32,109 bases of DNA from assembly GCA_009777005.1 (NCBI GenBank), contig WRMT01000001.1:1-32109 (forward strand). The letters run 5' to 3'. The notes under the pieces are model-generated. The model had not been told where the DNA came from. It saw nothing but the letters and a program-made list of their open reading frames with translations, and did not search any database. Of the stretch, positions 1-9,576 are shown in pieces (position 1 is the stretch's first letter; each line of letters begins with the position of its first letter). A program made the position numbers and the translations under genes. The stretch is from Methanobrevibacter sp. Lineage in GTDB: Archaea > Methanobacteriota > Methanobacteria > Methanobacteriales > Methanobacteriaceae.

Positions 1-185
1 TTTTTAAAAATTTTAATATTATATTTATTTATTAATTTAAATGATTAAAATTTATATTTTTTAATAAAAATAATTAATAACTATTTATTTTAAAAAATAA
101 TTTAAATATGATTGATTTTTAGAAAATTAATAATTTTTTATAAAGAATTTAATTCAAACTTTTCTTCAAGGACAATAATCTTTTT

Positions 186-1763
186 TCATCGGATTGTTGT
201 TATTTGTGTTTGTAGTTGTTTTCCTGCAAATGCTATGGCAATAGCTATTATTTTTTTATCAAAGTATTTTTCATAGTACTTTTTATTCTTTATCTGTTCT
301 TCTGCACTTTTTAACATTTTTTCAAAGCTTATAATGGGTTGGTCTGTGTCTTTTTTGGTTTTTGAAAATTTAAATTCAGCTACTACTATAAAATCTTCTT
401 CTTTTAAAACCATGTCTATATATCCAGTATTAGTAGGAGTTTCTCCTTCTATTTCAAAACCTAAAGCATATAACCAAGCTAAAAAGATTGATAGATAATA
501 AAATTCTCGTTCAATATGAATTCTAGCAGGAATTCTTGCAAGAAAAGCTTTCATTTCTTTTTGAAAGCTATCATTATCAAGTTTTTCAATTTGTGAAATG
601 ATTTTATCTTTTCTTTCACTTATCTTATTTTCAGATAAATTTAAATCAATCAAATGATCTAGTAGAGAGCTTTCCACTTCAAAATTAGGAAATTCAAGTT
701 TATAATGGATGACATCATTGATAATTATCTTTTCAGTGATGGTTAAATATCCTGTTTGGAAAAATAAAGTTATAGGATCTAAATTATTATAATCAAAAGT
801 ATTAAACCTTGATTGTTTGATGATAATAGGTTTTAATACTGCTGAGTAGTCATTAGATTTTTTTAAAACATTTATAAGAAATTCTGGTGTTCCAGTATCA
901 AACCAATAGTCAGAAAATTCATAGCTATTAAATAATTTTAAGGTTGAAAAGGGATTATAAACCTTGTTTTCACCATCCCAACTATAACCATCATACCAAA
1001 AATTAATTTTTTCAAAAACTTGGTTTTCAGATAATGATAAATCATCTTTAAGAAGGTTTATATAATCTTTAAACTGATTTTTTAGCTCTTGATGAGTATA
1101 TCCACAAATACAAGCAAAATTCTTATTCAAAGTAATATCATTTAAATTATTTAAACCTGAAAAAATAGAAGTTTTAGAGAATTTACTTACACCTGTTAAA
1201 AATATGAATCTTAAATATTTATCATTAGATTTTAAAACTTGATAAAACCCACTTAAAACATCACGATTATGTTTAGCTACTTCAATGTTTTTGATAGCAT
1301 CTATTATAGGGAAATCATACTCATCAATGAGTACTACAACTTTTTTACCTGTTTTTTTATAAACTTCTATTATTAAGTCTGTGAATTTTTCAGATAAGTT
1401 TTTACTATAAAGTTTCACTGAAAATTCTCTTGTTAATCTATTAATTATATCATTTAAAATTATTTCTAATTTTTCAGGTGTTTTGTAGCTTCCTTTTCCA
1501 AGATCTATTTTCACTACAGGAAATTTTTCATTCCAATCCCATTTATCATAAATATAAAGATTTTTAAAAAGTTCTTTATTTCCTTTAAATAGCTCTTCTA
1601 AAGTACTAAGGAGTAATGACTTTCCAAATCTTCTGGGTCTTGATAAAAAATAAGTTTTACCCTTGTTAACCATTTCATAAATAGCTAATGTCTTGTCTAC
1701 ATATATATAATCCTCTTGGATAATTTCAGAGAAAGTCGACATCCCCAAAGGTAATTTTTTCAT
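186..1763 (-). CDS. AAA-ATPase-like / PD-(D/E)XK nuclease family protein (Pfam AAA-ATPase_like + PDDEXK_9/DUF1703-type architecture), paralog A
   Basis: The ORF track gives 186..1778. Motifs seen: P-loop-like SRPRRFGKSL, Walker-B-like VVVLIDEYD, and a C-terminal D...E-x-K nuclease motif (GYIDMVL...VAEFKFSK). I prefer the ATG at 1763 (MKKLPLG...) because a GGTGAGG Shine-Dalgarno lies 6 nt upstream and the paralog at 19734 starts MQKLPIG. Confidence 0.8.
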   Translation of the reverse strand: MKKLPLGMSTFSEIIQEDYIYVDKTLAIYEMVNKGKTYFLSRPRRFGKSLLLSTLEELFKGNKELFKNLYIYDKWDWNEKFPVVKIDLGKGSYKTPEKLEIILNDIINRLTREFSVKLYSKNLSEKFTDLIIEVYKKTGKKVVVLIDEYDFPIIDAIKNIEVAKHNRDVLSGFYQVLKSNDKYLRFIFLTGVSKFSKTSIFSGLNNLNDITLNKNFACICGYTHQELKNQFKDYINLLKDDLSLSENQVFEKINFWYDGYSWDGENKVYNPFSTLKLFNSYEFSDYWFDTGTPEFLINVLKKSNDYSAVLKPIIIKQSRFNTFDYNNLDPITLFFQTGYLTITEKIIINDVIHYKLEFPNFEVESSLLDHLIDLNLSENKISERKDKIISQIEKLDNDSFQKEMKAFLARIPARIHIEREFYYLSIFLAWLYALGFEIEGETPTNTGYIDMVLKEEDFIVVAEFKFSKTKKDTDQPIISFEKMLKSAEEQIKNKKYYEKYFDKKIIAIAIAFAGKQLQTQITTIR

Positions 1764-1814
1764 GAAAATCCTCACCATATTCTATTTATTTTTACAATCA
1801 TGTATATTTTTATT

Positions 1815-2060
1815 GGATAGTTGTTATTTGTGTTTGTAGTTGTTTTCCTGCAAATACTATGGCAATAGCTATTATTTTTTTATCAAAATATTTTTCATAG
1901 TATTTTTTATTTTATTTTTTATTTTCTGATTTTCTGGAACTGTCAAAAATTACTGTGCTGACTTTTGATTTTCTTAGATTAACACAAGAAAATAGTTCAT
2001 CTATAGCAAAAACATCGCTTAATTCATTAACATCACATTTAAATGACTTCGTCTTTCATT
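1815..2060 (-). pseudogene. Decayed 3' remnant of a tandem AAA-ATPase/PD-(D/E)XK paralog
   Basis: 1815..1910 is about 95% identical to 191..~292, the last ~33 codons of the intact gene. The fragment translates as NKKYYEKYFDKKIIAIAIVFAGKQLQTQITTIQ*, against ...AIAFAGKQLQTQITTIR* in the intact gene. An in-frame stop lies just upstream. Further upstream there is only faint similarity, so the 2060 boundary is approximate. Confidence 0.6.
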
Positions 2061-2145
2061 TTCCAAGCATTTTTCACTTTAAAAATTTTAAGAATTTTAA
2101 GAATTTTTCCTTAAGTTGATAGTCGTTAGAATAATAATTTTATCC

Positions 2146-2181
<36 letters not shown>

Positions 2182-2300
2182 TAAATTTTTTTACATTCTT
2201 AAAAAATTTTTTTTTTTTTAAAAAATTTTTTTTTTTAAAAATTTTATAAATTTTATAATTTTTTTTTTAATTGATAAATGTTAGAAAAAAAATTTTTTTC

Positions 2301-2335
<35 letters not shown>

Positions 2336-2371
2336 TTTAAACTTTATTCACTGCTCAAAAGATGTTTTTTT

Positions 2372-3829
2372 TTAGTCAATCAAAGATTCTAATAAACCTT
2401 TATTACTTACATTTGTATTGTTAGCTCCATTCATTTTTGAATTTGTAAGACCAGTTAACTTTTGAACAAATATATCTGACTTTTTAAGATTTTCCATTGT
2501 AGCTTTGGTTACTTTTTCGTGATAATGTCTAGCATGTGTATTACGATAAGTAAAGTAGACGTAAGCGAAATAAACAATTCCAGCAAGAGCAAAAATCCAA
2601 GAATAATCAGAATCAGAAAATATTAATGCTATAATGATTCCAATTAGTTCTACTATAGCTGAAACACCTAATAACTTAGGCATGTGGAGAGGTACACTTC
2701 CCATTATTTCTTTTGTTCTGGCATTTACTGCAACATAATGTAAAAGTTTCTTTTGATTATTTTGAACCTCTTGGTAGCTATATAACCACACAGGTAAATA
2801 AGCAGCAATCCATTTTTGCCCTTTAATATCTAATTGTTCATTTGACCATCTAACACCTCTATCATATTGTTTTAAAGTTTTGTTAGCTTGAAACCTTGCA
2901 ATGTCTTTAGCCTGATTAGTAGCTATGCCTTTTAATTGTTCAATATTTATATCACGTTTTTCTGATGTATATCCTTTCAAATAGTTAGCATTCCAATTTA
3001 CACTGTTTTCAGTGTCAAATGGCATGATAGCATTTATTATATTGTTTGTTTTTTCAGATGGTATATTGCTTAATTTATCAGCACTTGATTCAATTGTTAA
3101 GTCATCTATAAGTATATCAAATTCACGTTTAACATCATATAAATCTGCATCATAATATGTTTTCTCATCATCCCCACTTTTACGAGTATATCTTCTAACT
3201 TGATGTTCTCCTTGCCCAGATAATTTTGAATGAGCATTGATATCAACAACCATATAAGGTAAGTAAACTCCCATAACATTTTGTGTCGTGAATTCTTCTT
3301 TAAATACTGGATGTGCAAAAAATTTTCTCTTATCTACAAATTTTTCAATTTCTGCTTTAGCTATATCTTTTTTCAATTTAAAAGGTAATACCATATCAGG
3401 TATACTTCCATTTGGAATTTGTTGATTAACTGATAAGGTATTTCTACACCAATGGCATCTTGCCTGAGTAGCTTCACTTGTGTCAATTATTACCTCAGCT
3501 CCACAGCTACTACATTTAAAAGTCAATACATCATCTACATCTGCAATAATATCTTGAGCTCCTGAACCTAATACTTCCCCTTCTAAGTTACGTAAATCCT
3601 CATCGGTATCAGGTATTATTTTTTTTGACTCAAATTCATGTCTGCAAAAGTTACATCTTAATTTTCCATTATCTTGATTAAGTGAAATATCAGTTGAACC
3701 ACATTTAGGACATTTATTTTGTCCATCTTTAGCATCACGATCAGTTTGAATGATTTTAGGTTCATCAGTAGAAGTATTTACTTCACTATTATTTTCATTT
3801 TCTAAATTCGTTAAATCTTCTTCTTGCAT
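2372..3829 (-). CDS. Double zinc-ribbon membrane protein (YdjG-like TFIIB-type Zn-ribbon N-terminus, two C-terminal TM helices)
   Basis: Two CxxC...CxxC ribbons are present (CPKCGS..CNFCRH and CSSCGA..CHWCRN). Two C-terminal hydrophobic helices are present (LLGVSAIVELIGIIIALIF and WIFALAGIVYFAYVYFTY). The ATG lies 3 nt after the stop of the upstream SPFH gene, and a GAGGGA Shine-Dalgarno sits inside that gene's last codons. Confidence 0.75.
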   Translation of the reverse strand: MQEEDLTNLENENNSEVNTSTDEPKIIQTDRDAKDGQNKCPKCGSTDISLNQDNGKLRCNFCRHEFESKKIIPDTDEDLRNLEGEVLGSGAQDIIADVDDVLTFKCSSCGAEVIIDTSEATQARCHWCRNTLSVNQQIPNGSIPDMVLPFKLKKDIAKAEIEKFVDKRKFFAHPVFKEEFTTQNVMGVYLPYMVVDINAHSKLSGQGEHQVRRYTRKSGDDEKTYYDADLYDVKREFDILIDDLTIESSADKLSNIPSEKTNNIINAIMPFDTENSVNWNANYLKGYTSEKRDINIEQLKGIATNQAKDIARFQANKTLKQYDRGVRWSNEQLDIKGQKWIAAYLPVWLYSYQEVQNNQKKLLHYVAVNARTKEIMGSVPLHMPKLLGVSAIVELIGIIIALIFSDSDYSWIFALAGIVYFAYVYFTYRNTHARHYHEKVTKATMENLKKSDIFVQKLTGLTNSKMNGANNTNVSNKGLLESLID

Positions 3830-3832
3830 AGG

Positions 3833-5191
3833 CTATCCCTCTAAAATCTTGAATTTTTCTTTATCAAATTCTTCTTGTGATATAACTCCAGCATCAAGTA
3901 ATTTTTTAAGTTTTAATAATCTATCATATGGATCTTCTTCTTTTTTAGCTTCTGTTGGTTCGGGTGCTTGTGATTCAGTTGTTTGTTGATTTACTTGCTC
4001 ATTATCTTGTTGATTTGCTTGTTGATTTGCTTGTTGATTTGCTTGTTGATTTGCTTGTTGATTTGCTTGTTGATTTGCTTGTTGATTTGCTTGTTGATTT
4101 GCTTGTTGATTTGTTTGTTGATTAGCTTGTTGTTGAATAAATTGTGATTGAGGTGTTTGGTCATTTTGTTGTGTGGCACCCATCATAGAACCAGAGGCAT
4201 TCATTCCCATTCCCATAAATGCCATATTTCCTCCACCACCATTTTCTCCTGCTGATTGCATACCTCGTGCTACTGATTGTTGCATGAATGAGTTTCCACG
4301 TGCTCCAGATAAAGCATCTGCTTTTTTAACATCACTTAACAAAGACTTTGTATCTTCATCATATTCAATGGATTGTATAGCTACTTTTACTATTTCAAGA
4401 CCTCTATCTGCTTTCCATTGGTATCCATCTTCTACAGCTTGTGACATTGATGATGCAAAACCAATTTGGTCTCCTTGAATTTTAGCTATACGATTTCCTT
4501 TATTTGGGTCATTAGTATAATTAGAAAATGCTGCTGCTAAGCTACTTACAACTTCATTAAATAGCTGTGAACCTAAATCATTATCCATATCTGCAAGATC
4601 TAATAATGGTGCATTTGATTGTAAATACATAGCTGGTACAAAGTTCTTTACAAATAATAGTGGATCAATTATTTTTAAAGTATATGTCCCTCTTGTAATT
4701 GCTCCAACTTGAGCACCTAAATATGCATCATCCCAGTAGATTTCTGATTGTGTTCCAAAACGGTTATTTGGTATCTCTTTTAAATTGACATAGAATGCAA
4801 GTTGTTGTACACCTGGTTGCCCACCAAACTTAAAACGCTCCCATGATTGTTCTAATATAGAGGATAAAATCCCATCTCCTGAAAACAATGATTTGGCATT
4901 AGGATCGTTAGAAGAGTATATAAACCCACCAGGTTCAGCAACAAGCCCTGTTATTGCTCCATCTTCCAATGTAATCAGTGCAGTGCCTTCTGGAACTATT
5001 ATTTTACTTCCGTTAGTAATAATATTTTTGGACCCTTCTGTATTTGAGCCACGACCAGCATTAGCTCCTTGTGGAACTGCTTCAAATAGTACTGATGTTA
5101 CAGTAACATCTTGTCTTGGTAAAAAAAAATCCTTCCACTGGTCAGCAAATGTTCCACTAATTGCTCCAGTAAATGCTTTAATAAATCCCAT
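3833..5191 (-). CDS. SPFH/Band-7-like protein of the COG4260 type ('virion core protein-like', YdjI-related) with G/M-rich linker, (QQAN)n tract and C-terminal SHOCT domain
   Basis: The N-terminus MGFIKAFTGAISGTFADQWKDFF...NIITNGSKIIVPEG matches my memory of this family. The C-terminus DPYDRLLKLKKLLDAGVISQEEFDKEKFKIL is SHOCT-like. An AGGAGA Shine-Dalgarno lies 9 nt upstream of the ATG. Confidence 0.75.
   Translation of the reverse strand: MGFIKAFTGAISGTFADQWKDFFLPRQDVTVTSVLFEAVPQGANAGRGSNTEGSKNIITNGSKIIVPEGTALITLEDGAITGLVAEPGGFIYSSNDPNAKSLFSGDGILSSILEQSWERFKFGGQPGVQQLAFYVNLKEIPNNRFGTQSEIYWDDAYLGAQVGAITRGTYTLKIIDPLLFVKNFVPAMYLQSNAPLLDLADMDNDLGSQLFNEVVSSLAAAFSNYTNDPNKGNRIAKIQGDQIGFASSMSQAVEDGYQWKADRGLEIVKVAIQSIEYDEDTKSLLSDVKKADALSGARGNSFMQQSVARGMQSAGENGGGGNMAFMGMGMNASGSMMGATQQNDQTPQSQFIQQQANQQTNQQANQQANQQANQQANQQANQQANQQANQQANQQDNEQVNQQTTESQAPEPTEAKKEEDPYDRLLKLKKLLDAGVISQEEFDKEKFKILEG
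4001..4132 (-). repeat. In-frame 12-bp tandem repeat: 11 units, of which 8 are identical (4013..4108), encoding (QQAN)n
   Basis: Direct parsing gives attatcttgttg, then 8 x atttgcttgttg, then atttgtttgttg, then attagcttgttg. Confidence 0.95.
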
Positions 5192-5422
5192 GAAAAATCT
5201 CTCCTAAATTTTTTATATAGATTTAATTTTGTGTCTACAAAACTATTTTTTTATTAAATAACCTTTATAAGCAGAATTAGTTAATAGGTTAAAATCTTCA
5301 TTTTTTATGTTATATAAAATAGTGAGAATTTCAAAAAACATAATTAAGTATTACATATTTATCTATTTGATTAATGAAATTTCTATTTTATATAAACAAT
5401 TTGGAAAAAATATTTATTAAAA

Positions 5423-5540
5423 ATTTTAAAAATATACTTTATAAAATAACTTTTAAAAATGCATTAATAACTTTTAAAAATATATTTTATATAAAAACTT
5501 TTAAAAATGCATTAATAACTTTTAAAAATATATTTTATAA
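5423..5540. repeat. 48-bp-period tandem repeat, about 2.5 copies, upstream of the SPFH operon
   Basis: The unit acttttaaaaatgcattaataacttttaaaaatatattttata occurs at 5449 and 5497, with a partial copy before the first. ORF 5374..5568 is an artefact of this repeat. Confidence 0.85.
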
Positions 5541-5960
5541 AAAATGTATAGAAAATTTAAAAAAATGATTTTTGAAATTATCTAATAATTATGTATATAT
5601 TGATACATGATTTAAATATTTTTTATATATTTTAATTTTAAATTGAAGTCATTGTACAATTTTATTTTTGATGAACAAAATTAAAAAAATATTAAATAAA
5701 AAAATATAAATTAATAATTGAACAAAATTGGCTATATTCAATTTTTTTTAAATTTTAAATTTTTATTTATAAAAAGCTTTAGCAAAAATAATTATCCAAT
5801 AGCTAGTGCTGATAAAAATTTACCTCTTATTAAATTTTTCATCATACACACATCTTATAGAGATATATCCTAATCATTTTAATCTTATATGATGTTATCC
5901 TTCAAAATCAACTATTAGGTGTAAGTTTCATAATCTTATTTTAAGAAAGTATTATTCATT

Positions 5961-8519
5961 TTATCCTTTTTCAATCTTTTTTATTAAATCATTAGCTATT
6001 TTTTCAGATTTTACATCATTGAGAGAATTAGCTATTCTTTTTACTGCTTCTAGGTTTCTAACAAACTTATCAAGCCAAGAAAAAACATCTCCAGAATATG
6101 TTTGAATTTGGTAAGAGCTAAATAAGTCCTTTGAAATGTCAGTTGGATCTTTTCTCTTCAATCGTTCATTAATAATAAATTCAGAAACCCCTTTTTGAAG
6201 ACAGGTGCAAAATGGCTTATCTTTACATTTACACTGTAAAAAATCAATTTGTATCTTTAAAAGAGCTTCTTGAAATTTCGTGTCCAACTTAGCTATTGTA
6301 TCTCCTGAAGAAATAATATCCATAGTAGATTCAGAAAATAGTCTTGTTGAAAAATTTACTTTTAAGGTATTAACTATTTGTTTATGAACAGCTGGTGCCA
6401 GGTATGCACTTTCAAAGTATTCTAAGTCCATAGCTATTTCCATGAACTTATAATATAAATCTTCTTTTTTAGACCTATGTAACAATGAATTTTTTATAAA
6501 TTCTCCATTTTCAATATCTAAAAAAGACATAGCTACTGCTTTTCCATAGCTAGTAGGTTGAACATATTCATGTGATTTTAACTTAGAATTATTCTTATTT
6601 TTATTAGAAATAGCTATTAATCCTTTATCATATAGCTCATCAATAGCTTTACCTACACTCATAGGTATTGGTAATTTTTCATAAAAATCATGAATTTCAG
6701 AAATCTTTTCTAATGAGTGTGAACATATATCAGCTAAAATTTGTTCTAAGGTGTCATTTTCATTATAATCTATGCTAACTTTTTCCACATCACCTTCTAA
6801 AAGTGAAATAGCTACTGACTCTTCACTTTCACCATCAAATTTATTAGATATTTCTGGAAGAAGATAAACAACACCTCTATCATGATAACTTGGTCTACCT
6901 GCTCTTCCAACCATTTGTGAAAATTCGTTTGGTGATATCCATCTATTTCCCATTAAAAGTGTTTCAAAAATTACTGATGATGCTGGAAAATCCACTCCTG
7001 CAGCTAATGCTGATGTTGTAACAACAGCTGAAATTTTCCCACTTGCAAAATTTTTTTCAATCTTTTCTTTTTTAAAGTAAGAAAGACCTGCATGATATGG
7101 TGATGCATTTATTCTATTACGATTTAAGTAGTTAGCTATTTGATGAGTTTTTCTCCTAGAATTAGTAAATATTATTGTTTGACCACTAAACCCCTTAGAT
7201 GATTTTGTTTTAAACTCTTTTAATACTAATTTTCTAATAATATTCCTTTTTTCAACTTCACTTCTTACAAAGATAAGATGTCTCTTTAAAGGAACAGGGC
7301 GAAAATCATACTGAACTAATTTCATATTAAATTTTTCTGTTAAATATTTAGGATTTTTAACAGTAGCTGAAAGACCAATTATCTGAGTAGAGGGATAAAT
7401 ATTTTCAATTCTTTTAATTAATCCATAGAGTCTTATACCTCTTTCATCATCATCTAAAGTATGAATTTCATCAATAAGTATCAAACCAAGGTCTTTTAAA
7501 TAATCTGATTTTCCAGATCTAAGTAAAAAATCTATTCCTTCATAAGTTCCAACAATAATATCAGCATCTTTTATAGATGAACTAGGAATTTTAAGCTCTT
7601 CTTTTGCTTTTATCCTATTCATACCAACTTTAATAGAAACTTTAAGACCTAGTGACTCATATCGCTTTTTAAAATCCCTGTATTTTTGATTAGCTAATGC
7701 TACAAGAGGAGTTAAAAATATAAACTTTTTACCATCTATAGCTTTTGGAATACCAGCTAACTCTCCAATCAATGTTTTTCCACTTGCAGTAGCTGAAACA
7801 ACTAACAAGTCTTCATCCTTTAATAAACCATTCTTAATAGCTAAATACTGTACAGGCAGCAAATATTCATTGTTTTCTTCTAAAAGAATTTTTTTAAATT
7901 TTTTTGGAATTTTAAGTCTATTAAGTTTAACTTGTGGAATTTTTTTATTATTATAAGTTTTGATTTCATCAAATAAAGTTAAGTTTAAATTAGCTACTGG
8001 ATCAAAGTTATGGTTAATCATAGATAATACTTTATCTAAGTTACCAGTTTTGTTTAATATTCTTTTAAAATTTTTAAATGATTTTTTATCAAATCTCTGA
8101 AGTTTAAGTTCTCTTTTTATTGTTTCTTCAGCACAAATTTTACAAATATTTTGATTATGATATGAATAGCTAAAGCTGGAATTTATTATAGTTATATTTC
8201 CTTCTAAAGTACAATGACTACAAATCCTAGTAAAACGATAATCTATATTCAAAAGTTTAAGAAAGCTTTCCATTTCTTTATCTTTAGAAGTTAAAAAAAT
8301 AGTTTGACTTCTCAGTAGTTTAATAACCTCAGAAGGAGGAATTAATTTTTCTTCCTCATTATATTTAGCTATAAATTTATTAATGGAAACTCCTTTAGCA
8401 TTTTTTTCAAATTTAAGAAAACCTACAAACTCAGGAATTCTTTTAGTATTTAAAGCTCCTTTGGGACTTCCAATAGGATACATTATCCAAGATTTCTTTG
8501 TTCTTTTAAATATAATCAT
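5961..8519 (-). CDS. Ski2-like DEAH helicase with N-terminal 4-Cys zinc finger (ASH-Ski2 / Eta-like)
   Basis: Helicase motifs seen: Walker A SATASGKT, motif II DEIH, motif III SAT, motif VI QMVGRAGR. The ~230-aa N-terminal extension carries CSHC...CKIC. A C-terminal Cys cluster CKCKDKPFCTC is also present. No Shine-Dalgarno is seen, so the start is uncertain (alternative ATG at 8483). Confidence 0.8.
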   Translation of the reverse strand: MIIFKRTKKSWIMYPIGSPKGALNTKRIPEFVGFLKFEKNAKGVSINKFIAKYNEEEKLIPPSEVIKLLRSQTIFLTSKDKEMESFLKLLNIDYRFTRICSHCTLEGNITIINSSFSYSYHNQNICKICAEETIKRELKLQRFDKKSFKNFKRILNKTGNLDKVLSMINHNFDPVANLNLTLFDEIKTYNNKKIPQVKLNRLKIPKKFKKILLEENNEYLLPVQYLAIKNGLLKDEDLLVVSATASGKTLIGELAGIPKAIDGKKFIFLTPLVALANQKYRDFKKRYESLGLKVSIKVGMNRIKAKEELKIPSSSIKDADIIVGTYEGIDFLLRSGKSDYLKDLGLILIDEIHTLDDDERGIRLYGLIKRIENIYPSTQIIGLSATVKNPKYLTEKFNMKLVQYDFRPVPLKRHLIFVRSEVEKRNIIRKLVLKEFKTKSSKGFSGQTIIFTNSRRKTHQIANYLNRNRINASPYHAGLSYFKKEKIEKNFASGKISAVVTTSALAAGVDFPASSVIFETLLMGNRWISPNEFSQMVGRAGRPSYHDRGVVYLLPEISNKFDGESEESVAISLLEGDVEKVSIDYNENDTLEQILADICSHSLEKISEIHDFYEKLPIPMSVGKAIDELYDKGLIAISNKNKNNSKLKSHEYVQPTSYGKAVAMSFLDIENGEFIKNSLLHRSKKEDLYYKFMEIAMDLEYFESAYLAPAVHKQIVNTLKVNFSTRLFSESTMDIISSGDTIAKLDTKFQEALLKIQIDFLQCKCKDKPFCTCLQKGVSEFIINERLKRKDPTDISKDLFSSYQIQTYSGDVFSWLDKFVRNLEAVKRIANSLNDVKSEKIANDLIKKIEKG

Positions 8520-8972
8520 TGTTTTTAGTATGTTTTAATAATTAATAAAATTAATCAAGAATATTTAATCATTAATTTTATTTTTAAGATGCTATAGTAG
8601 ATTAGCAAATTTTTTTAACATTTATAAAAAATATTTTTTAATAATAATCTGAAAAATCATTTTAAGTTTAATTTAAAAGATTTTTAACATTTCCATGAAA
8701 ATCTTATTTGTTATATACATTAAGTACAATATATATTAATAATTTAACAGTTTATTTAAATTAATTTTACAGTTTATTTAAATTAATATTATAAAATTTG
8801 AAAAAAACATAAGATAAGGAAAATAATAGCTAAACCTAATATATTAGGAGTATTCTATAAATTAAATTAAATAAAGATATATAGAATAAAAAATATAAAA
8901 AAATTTGTTGTTATAGTAAAAAACTAATTTTTAAAAAATAATTCAATTTATTTAATATGATTAGGTGATTTA

Positions 8973-9272
8973 TTGGACTCTAAAAAAAAAGCTAATTTAC
9001 TTGTTATATTCATAATAGCTATTCTTGGGTTTGGAATAAGCAATATCGCATTTATATTTACAGGAGAATATATAGATATAGAAATACCAGAATTTAATAA
9101 CGATAGTCAGAAGTTGACAGTTGTTGATGACGGAAACTTCACCCCAACCCATATTAATCAAATTAAAATAGACAATACCACAAACACCACAAATGAAACA
9201 TCCCAGAATGATACCGAGATTAATATAAATAATTTACCTAATTTAACTATTGATGAGGATGTTGAAGATTAA
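8973..9272 (+). CDS. Small signal-anchored N/T-rich protein, unknown function
   Basis: TTG start preceded by a perfect AGGTGAT Shine-Dalgarno. One N-terminal TM helix (LLVIFIIAILGFGISNIAFIF). Asn/Thr-rich tail. Confidence 0.45.
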   Translation: MDSKKKANLLVIFIIAILGFGISNIAFIFTGEYIDIEIPEFNNDSQKLTVVDDGNFTPTHINQIKIDNTTNTTNETSQNDTEININNLPNLTIDEDVED

Positions 9273-9576
9273 TAATAATTGTGTAATATGATACTTTTAA
9301 CTTTATTTTGGTAAATTAGTCTTATTTTAGGTTTTTTATTAAAAAAATTATTATTATTAACTTATAATCTTGAAAGGAAATATTTTAATTAATAATCATA
9401 ACAATATTAATTTTTTTTAAAAAATCATTTTTCATTTCTTTTAATTTTTAAAACAGTAATGGATGTTTTAATGATTAATAAAATATTAATTTTAATTCTT
9501 TTAATCAATAAAATAAATTAATAAATAATTTTAAAAATTATCATTTGTTAAAACTTTATTTTCTGGACTATAATTA

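Noticed and set aside
3833-5191. I considered whether the window is a prophage or provirus, because this SPFH family is often labelled 'virion core protein (lumpy skin disease virus)-like'.
   Set aside because: That label is a legacy annotation of an SPFH-like fold. No integrase, capsid, portal, terminase or other viral hallmark gene is present in the window.
3106-5207. Nested or antisense ORFs lie inside the SPFH/Zn-ribbon genes: 3106..3318, 3750..3989, 3991..4179, 4173..4478 and 4893..5207.
   Set aside because: All overlap longer ORFs that have clear domain signatures. Their translations are low-complexity or repeat-derived (for example QINK x9) and no Shine-Dalgarno is present.
5374-5568. 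A 64-aa ORF lies in the intergenic region upstream of the SPFH operon.
   Set aside because: It lies entirely within the 48-bp tandem repeat. The peptide repeats itself (KNALITFKNIFY), which is typical of a repeat artefact.
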